Assembly: GCA_944390525.1 (NCBI GenBank)
Contig: CALXQH010000043.1
Span: 1,988-65,987, forward strand
Reading direction: 5' to 3'
DNA from: an uncultured Clostridia bacterium
GTDB taxonomy: Bacteria > Bacillota > Clostridia > TANB77 > CAG-508
Length of the DNA: 64,000 bases
The notes under the pieces: generated by a model
Databases searched by the model: none
Told to the model about the DNA's origin: nothing
Seen by the model: only the letters and a program-made list of their open reading frames with translations
Shown: piece by piece, positions 42,709 through 52,775 of the stretch
Layout of the letters: each line of letters begins with the position of its first letter
Position numbering within the stretch: position 1 is the first letter of the stretch
Made by a program: the position numbers and the translations under genes

Positions 42709-43344
42709 ATGTATTACCAAAATTATGAAGACTATATGCGCCAAATATTAGGATATTCATCTAGTTTTTCTAATATTTATGAAATATATGATTATAAAAA
42801 CAGAGCATCTGAAAATACATACTATTCAAATAAATTATCCACAAATTTAACAGAAAATGAAATGCTAGATTTGTACCCTGATATTTACAATAAAATATAT
42901 CCTATAGTTTGCAAATTATGTGATAAAAATAAAGAGCCTATTACTAAAGAATATGTTGAACAACTTACTGATGAAGTATATAACTTAGTTAAAAACGATG
43001 AAACTGTTATAAATATAAGAGTGGAAGCTTCAAAATTTCAAGACAAAGAAAATAGTAATATTCCAAAATTTAAAAATGAAATAAGAACAGATAATAAAAT
43101 CTCAAAAAGAACATCTATAAAAAGTGAAAATTTATCTCAATTTCAAGAAACAAGAAAGTCAAATTTGCTATTAAGAGATTTAATCAAAATTATAATATTA
43201 CAAAGATTATTTCAAAATATACATAAACCTTCTTATTTAAAGCAATCACGCTTACCATTTCAAGGTGAATTGGAAAGTACGCCATTTCATAAAACTAAAC
43301 CATTAATTGATCAAAAATCAGATATGAAATATTTCAATTATTAA
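42709..43344 (+). CDS. Hypothetical protein with a Tyr-rich N-terminus (MYYQNYEDYMRQILGY). Possibly spore-associated.
   Basis: RBS gggagg at ideal spacing. The longer ORF from 42643 lacks an SD. Confidence 0.35.
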   Translation: MYYQNYEDYMRQILGYSSSFSNIYEIYDYKNRASENTYYSNKLSTNLTENEMLDLYPDIYNKIYPIVCKLCDKNKEPITKEYVEQLTDEVYNLVKNDETVINIRVEASKFQDKENSNIPKFKNEIRTDNKISKRTSIKSENLSQFQETRKSNLLLRDLIKIIILQRLFQNIHKPSYLKQSRLPFQGELESTPFHKTKPLIDQKSDMKYFNY

Positions 43345-43465
43345 AAAATTTTTAAAAGATATGCAAAAATATACTGTATATCTTTTTTATTTTTGTTTAG
43401 AATAATATTGAAAGTTTGAAATTTTTTCAAATAAAAAAATAAAATAGAAAGGACTAAATTTAAAT

Positions 43466-43903
43466 ATGAAAGTTAAAGATTGTATGTGTAACAATGTTAT
43501 ATATGTGGAACCATCTAATACAGTACATGATTGTGCTTATATGATGAGCAATAAGCATATAGGATGTATACCTGTATGTGATAATTCACAAAATGTAGTT
43601 GGATTAGTTACAGATCGTGATATTATATTAAGATGTATTGCATGTAATAAAGATCCAAAAACTACACCAGTTAGTGAAATTATGACCTGTAAAGTATGTT
43701 GCTGTAATTCAGAAGCAGATATACAAGAAGCTGAACGTTTAATGAGTGAAAATCAAGTAAAAAGAATTCCAATTGTAGAAAATAATAAACTTGTTGGAAT
43801 TTTAACTTTAGGTGATTTATCTACAAATGAACAAGTAAGTGATAGTACCGTAACAAATGCTTTGAATAATATTTGCAAGTGTGATAAAAATAATGCTCAA
43901 TAA
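43466..43903 (+). CDS. CBS-domain pair protein
   Basis: 145 aa with two CBS-like repeats (GLVTDRDI..., GILTLGDL) and a C-terminal Cys-rich tail. Confidence 0.65.
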   Translation: MKVKDCMCNNVIYVEPSNTVHDCAYMMSNKHIGCIPVCDNSQNVVGLVTDRDIILRCIACNKDPKTTPVSEIMTCKVCCCNSEADIQEAERLMSENQVKRIPIVENNKLVGILTLGDLSTNEQVSDSTVTNALNNICKCDKNNAQ

Positions 43904-43908
43904 GCTTA

Positions 43909-43926
43909 GCCCCGTAAAAACGGGGC
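43909..43926 (+). terminator. GC-rich hairpin with no clear T-run, a possible terminator
   Basis: gccccg-taaaaa-cggggc. Confidence 0.4.
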
Positions 43927-43987
43927 AAGAGCACATAAAATTACCATTTTAAACATAATATAGAAAAAGAAGGGAAGGTATATACAT

Positions 43988-45088
43988 ATGATTATAGATA
44001 TGAACTATTGGGGAAAAGTGGTAAAAAATATAATTATATTAGCTTTATCTATTTTGGGATTTTATTTAGGATTTAGACTAGCTATATTTTACATACCTTT
44101 TTTAATAGCTTTTATAATATCTCTTATATTAGAACCTTGTATTAGATTTATTATGAGAAAAACTAAACTAAAACGAAGAACTAGTTCAATAATTATATTT
44201 GTAATAGCTATACTAATTATTGTAGGGATTTTAATATGGACATCTATAACACTTGTGTCAGAAGCATACAATTTACTTACTAATTTAAATGATTATATTG
44301 AACAGATATATAGATTAATACAAAACATTATCTCAAAAATTGACTTTAATAAATTACAAATACCAGATAATATTATGAGTACAATACAAAGTTCTGCTAT
44401 GGAATTTTTAGGGAATTTGACTAATTGGGCTAAAGATGCACTAACAAATGCTGTCAATTTTCTTACTTCTGTACCAACAATAGGTGTATATACTGTTGTT
44501 ACTATATTATCATTATATTTTATATGTGTAGATAAAGTATATATGATAGATCAATTAGAGCATCATATGCCACAAACGTGGGTAAAAAAAATAGGAATAC
44601 ATTTAAAAGAACTTACACAATCTTTAGGAGCATATTTAAAAGCAGAACTTATTTTAGTTTTTATATCATTTATCATTACATTAGTTGGATTATACATTTT
44701 ACATTTTGCAGGATTAAATATACAATATCCTTTAATAATGGCTTTAATTATTGGATTTATTGACTTATTACCAATTTTTGGTTCTGGAACTTTTATGATT
44801 CCATGGGCTGTAATAACAGCATGTACAGGAGATTACACCTTAGCTATAAGCATTCTAATACTATGGGCTATTATGTCTGTAGTTAGACAGTTAATAGAAC
44901 CTAAAATTGTTAGTGGTAAAATAGGAATACATCCAATATTTACTTTAATTGCAATGTACACAGGATTTAAATTTTTAGGTGTAACAGGAATGATTATAGG
45001 ACCAATTTTATTAATTATTTTAAAAAATGTATTTTCTACTTTTATTGATAAAGGTTTGTTTAAATCTATATTTGAAAGACAAATATAA
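43988..45088 (+). CDS. ytvI: AI-2E family transporter (sporulation membrane protein YtvI-like)
   Basis: 366 aa with 8 TM helices. The N-terminal pattern is like YtvI, and an AI-2E/PerM-type C-terminal region is present. Confidence 0.6.
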   Translation: MIIDMNYWGKVVKNIIILALSILGFYLGFRLAIFYIPFLIAFIISLILEPCIRFIMRKTKLKRRTSSIIIFVIAILIIVGILIWTSITLVSEAYNLLTNLNDYIEQIYRLIQNIISKIDFNKLQIPDNIMSTIQSSAMEFLGNLTNWAKDALTNAVNFLTSVPTIGVYTVVTILSLYFICVDKVYMIDQLEHHMPQTWVKKIGIHLKELTQSLGAYLKAELILVFISFIITLVGLYILHFAGLNIQYPLIMALIIGFIDLLPIFGSGTFMIPWAVITACTGDYTLAISILILWAIMSVVRQLIEPKIVSGKIGIHPIFTLIAMYTGFKFLGVTGMIIGPILLIILKNVFSTFIDKGLFKSIFERQI

Positions 45089-45127
45089 AAAAATGAATTT
45101 TCAGTTTTAAATTGAAAATTCATTTTT
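45088..45127. terminator. Bidirectional terminator between convergent genes
   Basis: aaaaatgaattttca...ttgaaaattcattttt. Confidence 0.6.
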
Positions 45128-45133
45128 CTAATA

Positions 45134-45676
45134 CTAAAAAATATTTATTGTTGGTACAAAAGATTCGTCCGGAGGATAAACATATTCATCAGAAGGTTTA
45201 TCAATTTCTTGTATCTTCTCAATTTTAATAATAGGCATATCTCCATGATAATTACCTTTAGTAATTTTACCTTCAATCTCAATCCAAGTACAATCTTCAT
45301 ATTTTTTTATGTCTTCATATTCACACAAAAATCCTACCACAACTGTTTGAAAATCAGAAGAAATAACCATATCCCTAGCTAATACAAATTGATTTTGATT
45401 AAAATCTGTCATTCTATATACATATCCTGAAAATTTTATTTGTTGACCTACATATTCGTCTATATTATTATGAACAGTTTGTAAAACATTAGTATAATTA
45501 ATAACAGTTAGTTCTTGAACTTTTGAAAAATTTATATCATCATTTGTTTTAAAAAAATTATTTCCTAAAATACGATAAATAACAATAATTGTTATTATTA
45601 TTATTATTGCAAATAAAATACCTAAAAATATTTTTCCTAATTTATTTCCATTTACTTTTAAATTACAAATAAACAT
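45134..45676 (-). CDS. Hypothetical N-terminally membrane-anchored protein (180 aa)
   Basis: One TM helix, then a soluble domain. No motifs I can assign. Confidence 0.4.
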   Translation of the reverse strand: MFICNLKVNGNKLGKIFLGILFAIIIIITIIVIYRILGNNFFKTNDDINFSKVQELTVINYTNVLQTVHNNIDEYVGQQIKFSGYVYRMTDFNQNQFVLARDMVISSDFQTVVVGFLCEYEDIKKYEDCTWIEIEGKITKGNYHGDMPIIKIEKIQEIDKPSDEYVYPPDESFVPTINIF

Positions 45677-45841
45677 TTTTTAACCATCCTTTATATATCT
45701 AATTATTAAAATGTATGAAGAAAAAAGAAAAGATATTCTATTTCAAGTACAAATTTTTTATTAATCCTATATTTTTCTTGCGATTTTACTGCAAAAGTGA
45801 TATAGTATGATAGAATAATATTTTGGAAAGGAAAATAACAA

Positions 45842-48580
45842 ATGGGATTATTTAAAACATATAGTCAAAAAGAAGTTAGAAGAGTAAAGCCAATAGTAGA
45901 AAAAATAAATAATTTAGAATCTGAAATTGAAAAGTTAACAGATGAAGATTTAAGAAATAAAACTCTAGAGTTTAAAAAAAGAATACAACAAGGAGAAACC
46001 CTAGATAGCATTCTACCAGAAGCTTTTGCTGTTGTAAGAGAAGCATCAAAAAGAGTATTAGGAATGAGACATTTTGACGTTCAATTAATAGGAGGAATAA
46101 TATTGCACCAAGGAAGAATAGCAGAAATGAAAACAGGTGAAGGAAAAACTCTTGTTGCAACATTGCCTGTATATTTAAATGCTTTAACAGGAAAAGGAGT
46201 CCATGTTGTTACAGTTAATGATTACTTAGCTAAAAGAGATAGCGAATGGATGGGAAAAGTATATAAATTTTTAGGATTAACAGTTGGGTTAGTTATTAGT
46301 GGAATGAATCCAGAATTAAAAAGAGCAGCATATAATGCAGATGTAACATATGGTACTAACAATGAATTTGGCTTTGATTATTTAAGAGATAATATGGTTA
46401 TATATAAAGAACAATTAGTACAAAGAGAATTAAATTATGCTATAGTTGATGAAATTGATAGTATTTTGATAGATGAAGCACGTACTCCTCTAATTATATC
46501 AGGAAGAGGAGCTCAATCATCAGATTTATATAAAAGGGCTAATAACTTTGTATCAAAATTATCTCCTAAAATTTTAGTAGAAGAAGATATAAAAAATGAA
46601 GAACAAGCTGAAGATAATGAGAACTATGATTATATAGTTGATTTAAAAGCAAAATCTGCTTCATTAACTCAGAAAGGTATTCAAAAAGCAGAAAGAGAAT
46701 TTAATTTAGAGAATTTTAATGATATTGAAAATTCTGAGTTAGTACATAATATTAACCAAGCTCTAAGAGCACATGGGATTATGAAAAAAGATATAGATTA
46801 CATAGTTAAAGATGGAGAAGTCCTTATAGTAGATGAGTTTACTGGAAGAATTATGTATGGAAGAAGATATAATAATGGACTTCATCAAGCTATTGAAGCT
46901 AAGGAACATGTAAAAATTGCGGATGAATCTAAAACTTTAGCAACAATTACTTTTCAAAATTATTTTAGAATGTATAATAAACTTGCAGGAATGACTGGTA
47001 CTGCTATGACAGAAGAAGCAGAATTTGAAGAAATATATAAATTAGACGTAATAGAAATTCCAACTAATAGAGAAATGATACGTAAAGATCATCCAGACAT
47101 TATTTATAAAAATGAAAATGCAAAATTTAAAGCGGTTATAGAAGATATTAAAAGAAGCTATGAAAAAGGGCAACCTGTATTAGTAGGTACTGTTTCCATA
47201 GAAAAATCTGAAAAATTGAGTAATATGCTAAAAAAAGAAGGAATTAAACATCAAGTTTTAAATGCTAAATTTCATGAAAAAGAAGCTGAAATTATAGCAC
47301 AAGCAGGAAAATTTGGAACTGTTACAATAGCTACAAATATGGCAGGACGTGGTACTGATATTATGCTTGGTGGTAACGGTGAATATTTGGCAAAACAAGA
47401 AATGAGAAAATTTGGCTATACAGAAGAACAAATTGAACAAGCAACAGCTTTTAACGAAACATCAGATGAAACAGTATTAACTTCAAGAAATAAATTTAAA
47501 GAATTAAAAAATAAATTTGAAAATGAAATTAAAGATGAAAAACAAAAAGTAATAAATGCTGGAGGCTTAAAGATTATTGGTACAGAAAGACACGAATCTA
47601 GAAGAATTGATAACCAGCTTCGTGGACGTAGCGGACGTCAAGGAGATATTGGAGAATCAAGATTTTATATAGGATTAGATGATGACTTAATGAAAATTTT
47701 TGGTGGAGATATAATTACTAAAGTTTATGATACTCTTGGAGCAGATGAAAACATGCCTATTGAATCAAAAATAATATCTAATGCAGTAGAAAATGCTCAA
47801 AAGAAAGTAGAAGGTAGAAATTTTAGTATTCGTAAAAATGTTCTTTCTTATGATGATGTTATGAATGTACAAAGAGGAATTATATATGATGAAAGAAGAA
47901 AGGTACTAAATGGAGAAAACTTAAAAGAACATATTAATAAAATGATGTGTTCTTTAGCAGAACAAACTATAAATGAATATTTATCAGATGCTGATAACAT
48001 GAACATTGAAGGATTTATACAAGATATTAAAGAAATATATGGTATTTCAGATTTAGACTCTCTTCATAAAGATAAAATTAAAATAAATGAAATAACTGAA
48101 GAATTAGAAAATAAAATTAATAATATTTATGAAGAGAAAGAAAAGATTATTGGTGAAAACAACATGAGAGAACTTGAAAGAGTTATTATGTTGAAAATAG
48201 TTGATGAAAGATGGATGGACCATATAGATGCAATGGATGAATTAAAAGATGGAATAGGGCTTCAAGCATATGGACAAAAAGATCCTGTCGTTCAATATAG
48301 AATTGAAGGTTTTGATATGTTTGAGCAAATGAACTTAGACATTCAAACTGATGTTGTAAAATTTTTAATGAATGCTCGAAAAAGAGAAGGAGAAGTTCAA
48401 AGGACATCTTCAGTAAAAATCACGGGAGAAGGATTAGATGATACTGTTTCAAAAGAATTAGGTGTAAATTCTCAAAAAACATCAAATACAACAGTAGTAA
48501 AAGAAGAACCAAAAGTTGGCAGAAACGATCCTTGTCCATGTGGAAGTGGTAAGAAATATAAACAATGTTGTGGAAAATAG
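45842..48580 (+). CDS. secA: Preprotein translocase ATPase SecA
   Basis: 912 aa with DEAD-like motor motifs ([19 protein letters not shown]) and a C-terminal zinc-binding [14 protein letters not shown]. Confidence 0.95.
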   Translation: MGLFKTYSQKEVRRVKPIVEKINNLESEIEKLTDEDLRNKTLEFKKRIQQGETLDSILPEAFAVVREASKRVLGMRHFDVQLIGGIILHQGRIAEMKTGEGKTLVATLPVYLNALTGKGVHVVTVNDYLAKRDSEWMGKVYKFLGLTVGLVISGMNPELKRAAYNADVTYGTNNEFGFDYLRDNMVIYKEQLVQRELNYAIVDEIDSILIDEARTPLIISGRGAQSSDLYKRANNFVSKLSPKILVEEDIKNEEQAEDNENYDYIVDLKAKSASLTQKGIQKAEREFNLENFNDIENSELVHNINQALRAHGIMKKDIDYIVKDGEVLIVDEFTGRIMYGRRYNNGLHQAIEAKEHVKIADESKTLATITFQNYFRMYNKLAGMTGTAMTEEAEFEEIYKLDVIEIPTNREMIRKDHPDIIYKNENAKFKAVIEDIKRSYEKGQPVLVGTVSIEKSEKLSNMLKKEGIKHQVLNAKFHEKEAEIIAQAGKFGTVTIATNMAGRGTDIMLGGNGEYLAKQEMRKFGYTEEQIEQATAFNETSDETVLTSRNKFKELKNKFENEIKDEKQKVINAGGLKIIGTERHESRRIDNQLRGRSGRQGDIGESRFYIGLDDDLMKIFGGDIITKVYDTLGADENMPIESKIISNAVENAQKKVEGRNFSIRKNVLSYDDVMNVQRGIIYDERRKVLNGENLKEHINKMMCSLAEQTINEYLSDADNMNIEGFIQDIKEIYGISDLDSLHKDKIKINEITEELENKINNIYEEKEKIIGENNMRELERVIMLKIVDERWMDHIDAMDELKDGIGLQAYGQKDPVVQYRIEGFDMFEQMNLDIQTDVVKFLMNARKREGEVQRTSSVKITGEGLDDTVSKELGVNSQKTSNTTVVKEEPKVGRNDPCPCGSGKKYKQCCGK

Positions 48581-48662
48581 TATAAAATGAAGAATATAAA
48601 GATGTATATAGAAAAGTAAATAATAATTTTATAAAATTAAGTAAAAAAGGAGCTTTATAAAT

Positions 48663-49082
48663 ATGCAAGACTTAATGAAAACAAATTGTTTGGAAGTAAA
48701 TGATACAATAATTATCGTTGGAAGTTGTATAGAAAGAATGCAACCAGAAGCATATAAAGAACTAGAAAAAATATCAAATAATATATATGAAGTTTGTTTA
48801 GAAAAAGAACATTTAAATATGGTTATTACAAAATTAATAGGAATGGTTTCAAGAGCAAAACTTAATAAAATAATATTTGCTACAGTTGACAAATCTCCTC
48901 ATTGTATACAACTTCATTACATAATAAAAGAAATAAAAAAAGCTATAGATTTAAATAGTATAAAAGTTTTGAATTATGTAGCAGTTGATAATAAATTAAT
49001 TGAAATTCCTAATGAAATTATTAGTTTATCAAAGAATTTCTCTAAGTTATTAGAATTTAGAGAATTATTATACAATAAATAA
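48663..49082 (+). CDS. Hypothetical protein (139 aa)
   Basis: RBS aaaggag. First gene of the insertion between secA and prfB. Confidence 0.35.
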   Translation: MQDLMKTNCLEVNDTIIIVGSCIERMQPEAYKELEKISNNIYEVCLEKEHLNMVITKLIGMVSRAKLNKIIFATVDKSPHCIQLHYIIKEIKKAIDLNSIKVLNYVAVDNKLIEIPNEIISLSKNFSKLLEFRELLYNK

Positions 49083-49137
49083 GGGTATTTTAATTAATAC
49101 ATATATTTGAGAGCAAAATAAATTATAAAGTGAAATA

Positions 49138-49161
49138 ATGACAAAGTCTTCTATTTGTCAT
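49138..49161 (+). promoter_or_regulatory. Perfect 8-bp-arm palindrome (ATGACAAA-N8-TTTGTCAT), a candidate operator upstream of the first NDT-like gene
   Basis: Seen directly in the sequence. Located 30 nt upstream of the ATG. Confidence 0.3.
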
Positions 49162-49190
49162 CAAAAAATAAAAAGGAGGAATTTAAAACT

Positions 49191-49604
49191 ATGAACAAAA
49201 TTTTTATAATATGTAGTAAAGCTTTTTATAAGGATATAGCACCAATTAAAGAAAAATTAAAAGAAAATGGTTGGGAAGTATTTTTACCACATACATATGA
49301 AAATCCTAATGCTGAAAAAGAATGGTATACTAAAGGAAAAGAAGAACATGCAAAAATGAAAGGCGAAATGTTTAGAAAAAGTAGAGATAGAATAAAATCA
49401 ATGGATGCAGTATTAACTTTAAATTTTGATAAAAACGGAAAAAAGAATTATATTGGTGGTTCAACATTTCTTGAACTATATGAAGCTTTTATGGAAAATA
49501 AAAAGATATATTTATGGAATGAAATACCAGAGGGAATTTTATTTGACGAGATAAGTGGATTCGCACCTGAAATTATTAATGGAAATTTAGATTTAATAAA
49601 ATAG
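49191..49604 (+). CDS. Small protein resembling nucleoside 2-deoxyribosyltransferase (NDT fold), copy 1
   Basis: Conserved blocks IICSKAFY, MDAVLTLNF and GGSTFLELYEAF, with a Glu in the position of the NDT catalytic Glu. Paralog of 57589..58011. Confidence 0.45.
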   Translation: MNKIFIICSKAFYKDIAPIKEKLKENGWEVFLPHTYENPNAEKEWYTKGKEEHAKMKGEMFRKSRDRIKSMDAVLTLNFDKNGKKNYIGGSTFLELYEAFMENKKIYLWNEIPEGILFDEISGFAPEIINGNLDLIK

Positions 49605-49632
49605 AGATAAATTAAAAAATAGGTAACTTCCC

Positions 49633-49674
49633 AAAATACTAAGAAATGTAATATTACATTTCTTAGTATTTTTC
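49633..49674 (+). terminator. Strong rho-independent terminator
   Basis: aatactaagaaatgtaat/attacatttcttagtatt followed by a T-run. Confidence 0.7.
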
Positions 49675-49878
49675 GAAGATAGTGCAATTTTAGAAATACT
49701 CAAGTTAAAAAAGGTCTGCAAACTTTAGTAACAAACACTATATAAAAGTAATTTAATTAAAAATTTAAAAAACAGTTTGGATAAATCTTATACAAATTAA
49801 AATATTTTAAGCGGTAAGTATATGAAATTTTCTTCTTTTAGTATATAATAATATAAAAGAAAAATATAAAGGAGATGA

Positions 49879-50652
49879 ATTAAAATTAAAGAATTTGAAG
49901 CAAAAAAAGAAACTGAAAAAGTTATTGAATTTATACGAGAATATTATAAGAAAAATAATTTAGGAGGAGCCATAATTGGAATCTCTGGAGGAAAAGACAG
50001 TGCAGTTGTTTCAGCCTTATTTACAAAAGCACTGGGAAGCGAAAATATAATTGGAGTAACAATGCCTTGTTATTCAAATATAGAAGATAAAATTGATGCT
50101 AAGCTTATTAGTGATTATTATGGATTTAAAATGATTAATTTTGATATTACAGGAATTTTTGATACTTTTAAAAATGAATTAAATAGTTTAGGAAATTTTT
50201 CTAAAGAAGATGTAAAAAACAGTGATATTAATCTAAAACCAAGACTTAGAATGACAACTCTTTATTATTTAGCTGCATTATATAGTACTATTAAGAAAAA
50301 AACTTATTTAGTAGTTGGTACATCTAATAAATGTGAATTATATGTAGGTTATTTTACTAAGGGAGGAGATTCTGTTCACGATATATCTCCAATAGCAGAT
50401 TTTACTGTTGAAGAGGTAATAAAAATTGGAGAATATTTAAAAGTTCCATCAAAAGTACTTTATAAAACTCCAAATGATGGTTTATCTAATAAAAATGATG
50501 AAGATAAATTAGGAGTGAAATACAGTCAAATAGCATCTTATATAAAAGATAAAAATAGTGTTGATGAGAAAACAAAGAAAAAGATAGAGCAACTACATAA
50601 CAATAGCAAACATAAATTTGAAATTCCAATTTATAGAAAAGGTGGACAATAA
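49879..50652 (+). CDS. nadE: NH3-dependent NAD+ synthetase. The start codon is uncertain: there is no in-frame ATG/GTG/TTG, and an ATT start or a 1-nt indel is possible.
   Basis: Open frame IKIKEFEAKKETEKVIEFIREYYKK...GISGGKDSAVV (PP-loop SGGxDS) continuing into the tracked ORF 50062..50652. The ATG at 49875 is out of frame by +1. Confidence 0.6.
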   Translation: MKIKEFEAKKETEKVIEFIREYYKKNNLGGAIIGISGGKDSAVVSALFTKALGSENIIGVTMPCYSNIEDKIDAKLISDYYGFKMINFDITGIFDTFKNELNSLGNFSKEDVKNSDINLKPRLRMTTLYYLAALYSTIKKKTYLVVGTSNKCELYVGYFTKGGDSVHDISPIADFTVEEVIKIGEYLKVPSKVLYKTPNDGLSNKNDEDKLGVKYSQIASYIKDKNSVDEKTKKKIEQLHNNSKHKFEIPIYRKGGQ

Positions 50653-50653
50653 G

Positions 50654-51193
50654 ATGAAAATAGGAGTATTTGTAGGAACTTTTGATCCAATACATAAAGG
50701 ACATACAGATATAATTAACTATTTAATAAAAGAAAAAATAGTTGATAAAGTATTGGTTATTGCAACTGGTAATTATTGGGACAAACAAAATATAACAGAC
50801 TTAAAAATAAGATTAGATATGTTAAACTTAATAAAGAATAATGACATAATAATTGATAAAAAACATAATAAATTAAAATATACTTATCAAATATTAGATA
50901 ATTTAAAAAAAGAAAACAAAGAGCATGAATTCTATCTGATAATAGGAGCTGATAATGCCAAGCTACTTTATAAATGGGAACATTTTAATGAATTAATAGA
51001 AAATAATATAATAGTTATAGCAAGAAATAATGAAAAAATAAATTTAAAAACAGAAAAAATGATAATTATAGATAAAAATTTTGGAAATATATCATCTACC
51101 AAAATAAGAAATGATATTGAAAAATATAAAGAATATATAAACAAAAATGTTTATTATTATATAAAAAAGAATAATATATATAATTCAAATTAA
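50654..51193 (+). CDS. nadD: Nicotinate-nucleotide adenylyltransferase
   Basis: GTFDPIHKGH (HxGH) motif and ISSTKIR. RBS aaggtgg. Sits 1 nt after the nadE stop. Confidence 0.75.
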   Translation: MKIGVFVGTFDPIHKGHTDIINYLIKEKIVDKVLVIATGNYWDKQNITDLKIRLDMLNLIKNNDIIIDKKHNKLKYTYQILDNLKKENKEHEFYLIIGADNAKLLYKWEHFNELIENNIIVIARNNEKINLKTEKMIIIDKNFGNISSTKIRNDIEKYKEYINKNVYYYIKKNNIYNSN

Positions 51194-51222
51194 TTAAACA
51201 TTTATGAAAGGAAAAATGAAAT

Positions 51223-51589
51223 ATGAGTTTTATAGGAAATATTTTATGGTTTATTTTTGGAGGTATTTTTAGTGGATTATCTTGGATTTTATCAGGAATA
51301 ATTTGGTGTGTAACTATTGTTGGAATTCCTTATGGATTACAATGCTTTAAATTTGCATCACTTTCATTTGCTCCATTTGGAAAAGAGGTAGAATATGGTG
51401 GAGGAGTAACATCGTTATTTGCAAATATAATATGGATTATATTTTTTGGTATTCCAATGGCTTTAGAAAATATAATTTTAGGTTGCATATGGTGTATAAC
51501 AATAGTAGGAATACCTTTTCGGGTTACAGTTTTTTAAAATTGCAAAATTGTCTTTAGCACCTTTTGGAGCAAAAATAGTATATAACTAA
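51223..51589 (+). pseudogene. YccF-like (DUF307) inner membrane protein, disrupted by a +1 frameshift near 51520
   Basis: Repeat 1 reads GIPYGLQCFKFASLSFAPFG. Repeat 2 continues only in the +1 frame as ...PFGLQFFKIAKLSLAPFGAKIVYN*. Removing c51520 restores a full-length protein. Confidence 0.5.
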
Positions 51590-51612
51590 AGAGTTTAAAG
51601 GAGTGAAATTTT

Positions 51613-52512
51613 GTGAAAACAGAAAAAAGTATTTTAATAGCTTTTATCTTAAATTTATTATTTTCATTACTTGAATTAATAGGCGGAATATTTACCAATA
51701 GTATATCAATAATATCTGATGCAATCCATGATTTTGGAGATGCATTAAGTATAGGAATATCATTAGTATTAGAAAAAATAAGCAAAAAGAAACCAGATAA
51801 AAAATATACTTATGGATATGCTAGATATTCAGTGCTTGGAGCATTAATAACAACTATTATATTAACAATAGGTTCTATATTTGTAATACTAGGTGGAATA
51901 AACAGAATTTTAAAACCTGAAATAATTAACTATAATGGAATGATTATTTTTGCTATATTTGGAGTAATAATTAATTTTCTTGCCACTTATTTTACAAGAA
52001 AAGGGGATTCAATAAATCAAAAAGCAGTAAATTTACATATGCTTGAAGATGTATTAGGTTGGATAGTAGTATTAATAGGTTCTATACTCATGAAGTTTAC
52101 AAACATTTTAGTAATAGATTCTATTATGTCCATAGGTATAGCAATATTTATATTTATTAGTGCTTACAAAAATTTAAAAGATATTTTAGATTTATTTTTA
52201 GAAAAAACACCTAAAAATATATCTGTAGAAGAAATTAAAAAATCTTTATTAAATATAAAAGATATAATAGATGTTCATCACATTCATATATGGAGCATAG
52301 ATGGTTTTACTAATTATTCAACAATGCATATTGTTACTGAAAATAAAAACGTAAAAGAATTAAAAAGTCAAATAAGAAATGAAATGTGTAAACAAGGCAT
52401 TTCTCATACAACAATAGAAATAGAAGATAAAAATGATAATTGTGATGAAAAAGAATGTGAAATTAAGATTAATAATAAAGAAAATCATCAGCATCAGCAT
52501 CATCACCATTAG
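51613..52512 (+). CDS. czcD: Cation diffusion facilitator family transporter (Zn/Co/Cd efflux, CzcD-like). Uses a GTG start.
   Basis: 6 TM helices with the HD...D metal site, and a C-terminal His-rich tail NHQHQHHHH. Confidence 0.8.
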   Translation: MKTEKSILIAFILNLLFSLLELIGGIFTNSISIISDAIHDFGDALSIGISLVLEKISKKKPDKKYTYGYARYSVLGALITTIILTIGSIFVILGGINRILKPEIINYNGMIIFAIFGVIINFLATYFTRKGDSINQKAVNLHMLEDVLGWIVVLIGSILMKFTNILVIDSIMSIGIAIFIFISAYKNLKDILDLFLEKTPKNISVEEIKKSLLNIKDIIDVHHIHIWSIDGFTNYSTMHIVTENKNVKELKSQIRNEMCKQGISHTTIEIEDKNDNCDEKECEIKINNKENHQHQHHHH

Positions 52513-52563
52513 AAATATAAAAGGTGAAAATACGATTAAAATAAGAAAGGAATTAAAGCAATT

Positions 52564-52773
52564 ATGAAAGAAATAAATTTAAAAGTAAATGGAATGCACT
52601 GTAAAGGATGTGAAAATAGAATTAAAAATTTATTAAGTACAATAGATGGAGTTGATGAAGTTATTGCAAATCACATTAATGGTACAGTTGTAATTAAAGC
52701 AAATAAAGAAATTGATTTAAAAAAAATAAGAGAAATAATAGATGATTTAGGATTTGAAGTTGAGGAAAATTAA
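52564..52773 (+). CDS. copZ: Heavy-metal-associated copper chaperone
   Basis: 69 aa with the HMA motif GMHCKGC. Confidence 0.75.
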   Translation: MKEINLKVNGMHCKGCENRIKNLLSTIDGVDEVIANHINGTVVIKANKEIDLKKIREIIDDLGFEVEEN

Positions 52774-52775
52774 AT

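Noticed and set aside
49448-49687. Minus-strand ORFs antisense to both NDT-like genes (49448..49687 and 57855..58043) that look conserved to each other.
   Set aside because: Their apparent conservation is a mirror of the conserved sense-strand paralogs. They have no SD and run through terminators.
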